DNA from: a virus
Taxonomy: Duplodnaviria; Caudoviricetes
DNA: 44,597 bases
Direction: 5' to 3' (one strand)
IMG/VR virus record: IMGVR_UViG_3300014508_000001
Coordinates: 1-44,597 of that record
In this document: in pieces, positions 43,109-44,597 of the stretch
Layout: every line of letters starts with the position of its first letter
How positions within the stretch are numbered: position 1 is the stretch's first letter
The notes under the pieces: generated by a model
Database searches by the model: none
What the model was told of the DNA's origin: nothing
Seen by the model: the letters and a program-made list of their open reading frames with translations, nothing else
Position numbers and translations under genes: made by a program

Positions 43109-44597
43109 ATGCAAGATGATTCAGCATTAAAACCGAGTTTTAGAGGAGCCTCTGCACCCTCTACATATTTAACCAATGCAGAACAATTCAATCAAGCTAA
43201 AGCGATAGATGCTAAGTATGAAAGCAGTTCTTTCGCAGATGCTATGGGGATTGCCGTTGAAAATGAATGGGCAATTCCTTCAGCTGAAAGATTGATTGAA
43301 CGTGATAAGACTTTTGAAACAGATGTTAATTTCTCTACAGACCATGCTAAATTATCAGAAGAGTTTGGACAGGAATTCGATATTGATACTCAAAGTTATA
43401 TTGCAAACTCTCACTCACAAGATGAGCTAAACGCTCGTGTACGTTGGGCGAGAGAGGATATAGAACGCCATAGAGCCTTATCAGACCACGGAATAAAAGG
43501 AACAGTTGCTACCTTAACAGCGGCTATTTTTGACCCTGTTGGTATTTTAGCTGGGGCGTTTACTGGTGGTGCATCATGGGTTACTAAAGGTAATACAGTA
43601 CGTAGGGCTTTAAAAACAGGTGGTGTTGTATCAGCAGAGTCAGCGGCATTTGAGTCACTGATTGTTGCTAGTGATACACAAAAGCAAAGTGAGGATATTC
43701 TGTTTGCGGCTGGTGGAGGCTTTGTACTTGGTGCAATGTTATCTCCATTGATGAGAGCAAATGACCCTAGCTTTGCTAAGATTACTGATGAGACAGATGA
43801 TGTTATTAATTCAACTGTTAATAAGGAGCTACAGCGTAGTCACTCAAGAGAAACGAATGAAGCGGCAAGTGTACTTGACCCTACTGAAATTGATATTGAG
43901 GGTACGAAAGTTAGATTAAATAAAGCAAAAGTTAATCAAACTATTGAAGCTCATATTGAAGATTTAACATCTAAATCTCGTTCTGGTATTACTTTTAAAG
44001 ATGGTAGAGCACAAGCTCAAGTTACCATCAAAGGACTTAAGGAGAACGTAAGTGAACTTATTAAGAAAGGCAAGGACCATAAAGCTCGTGTTGCCGCTAG
44101 TCTTGGCGCTCCACGTAATGCTACTGAAGCTAGCAATTATCAATATAGATTTGAACAAATTGCCAAGCTTTACGAGCCTAAGATTAAATCCGCAGAAGAG
44201 AGAATTAGTGGTATCGAAAGACAGCTTAATGCCACAGCGGAAGCTAAATCAGCTAGAAAGGAGCTTGAGGCGTTCAAGGGCAAAACGCGGGTTGAGCAAA
44301 TAAACCAATTGTTTAAAGGTAATGCACCAAGGCTCTCAGATGACATTAAGAAGCAGAAAGCGGCTGTTGCTAGCTCAGTGCCTCCTAAGTCAGTTAAAGA
44401 GCCTGAGATTGATTCTAAGGAAGCCTCAGATGATAATGGAGGTTCTGTAGGTGCTGCCAGAACAGATAAACTTAAAGTTGTAGATTTTCCATTTGAATTA
44501 AGTGACTCTCTAGATAATCAGATAGAAGATATCATTGACAGCATTGACCACTTACCCGAACCTATTAATATTAAAACAGGTAAAGATAGTGGATTTG
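43109..44597 (+). CDS. 5' part of large internal virion protein (joins 1-2396)
   Basis: AAGGAGG RBS, ATG 43109 (MQDDSALKPSF...), FDPVG Gly-rich hydrophobic segment; in frame with the ORF ending at 2396. Confidence 0.85.
   Translation, partial: MQDDSALKPSFRGASAPSTYLTNAEQFNQAKAIDAKYESSSFADAMGIAVENEWAIPSAERLIERDKTFETDVNFSTDHAKLSEEFGQEFDIDTQSYIANSHSQDELNARVRWAREDIERHRALSDHGIKGTVATLTAAIFDPVGILAGAFTGGASWVTKGNTVRRALKTGGVVSAESAAFESLIVASDTQKQSEDILFAAGGGFVLGAMLSPLMRANDPSFAKITDETDDVINSTVNKELQRSHSRETNEAASVLDPTEIDIEGTKVRLNKAKVNQTIEAHIEDLTSKSRSGITFKDGRAQAQVTIKGLKENVSELIKKGKDHKARVAASLGAPRNATEASNYQYRFEQIAKLYEPKIKSAEERISGIERQLNATAEAKSARKELEAFKGKTRVEQINQLFKGNAPRLSDDIKKQKAAVASSVPPKSVKEPEIDSKEASDDNGGSVGAARTDKLKVVDFPFELSDSLDNQIEDIIDSIDHLPEPINIKTGKDSGF

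Noticed and set aside
43964-44303. Short ORFs at 43964-44158 (-) and 44052-44303 (+)
   Set aside because: Both lie within the large internal virion gene in other frames
44499-44597. 99-bp identity between the window ends as the phage terminal repeat
   Set aside because: It lies mid-gene and has a k-mer-like length, so it is an assembler overlap. True end signatures are near 13.2-13.4 kb.

Overview
The window is an essentially complete lytic podophage genome of the T7 supergroup (Autographiviridae), with SP6/K1-5-like gene order. It has about 44,498 unique bp. Bases 44499-44597 repeat bases 1-99, which is an assembly overlap that cuts the large internal virion gene. All real genes are on the + strand. 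The physical ends probably lie at about 13.18-13.39 kb. From there the order is: early genes, single-subunit RNA polymerase, an accessory block, replication genes (primase-helicase, family A DNA polymerase, SSB-like protein, exonuclease, endonuclease VII, metallophosphoesterase, GNAT), portal, scaffold, capsid, tail and internal virion genes, a collagen tail fibre, a second receptor-binding protein, holin, terminase and a unimolecular spanin. Seven SP6-like phage promoters are visible. The host is Gram-negative, probably a marine gammaproteobacterium (inference). The most interesting observations are: (1) five copies of an 18-bp palindrome (consensus TGTCCCACRYGTGGGACA) seen only in the early region, next to a DUF3102-like HTH / J-like protein, with two copies inside a 38-bp direct repeat that brackets an Ala/Tyr/Asp-repeat gene; (2) small ORFs carrying isolated motifs of core phage proteins (terminase Walker B, RNAP DxRGRxY, tail-fibre adaptor), possibly decoys; (3) a Pseudomonas-type PagP-like outer-membrane barrel; (4) a stand-alone CCA/poly(A)-type nucleotidyltransferase; (5) no recognisable ligase or stand-alone endolysin. 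All family calls come from motif recognition, not database searches.
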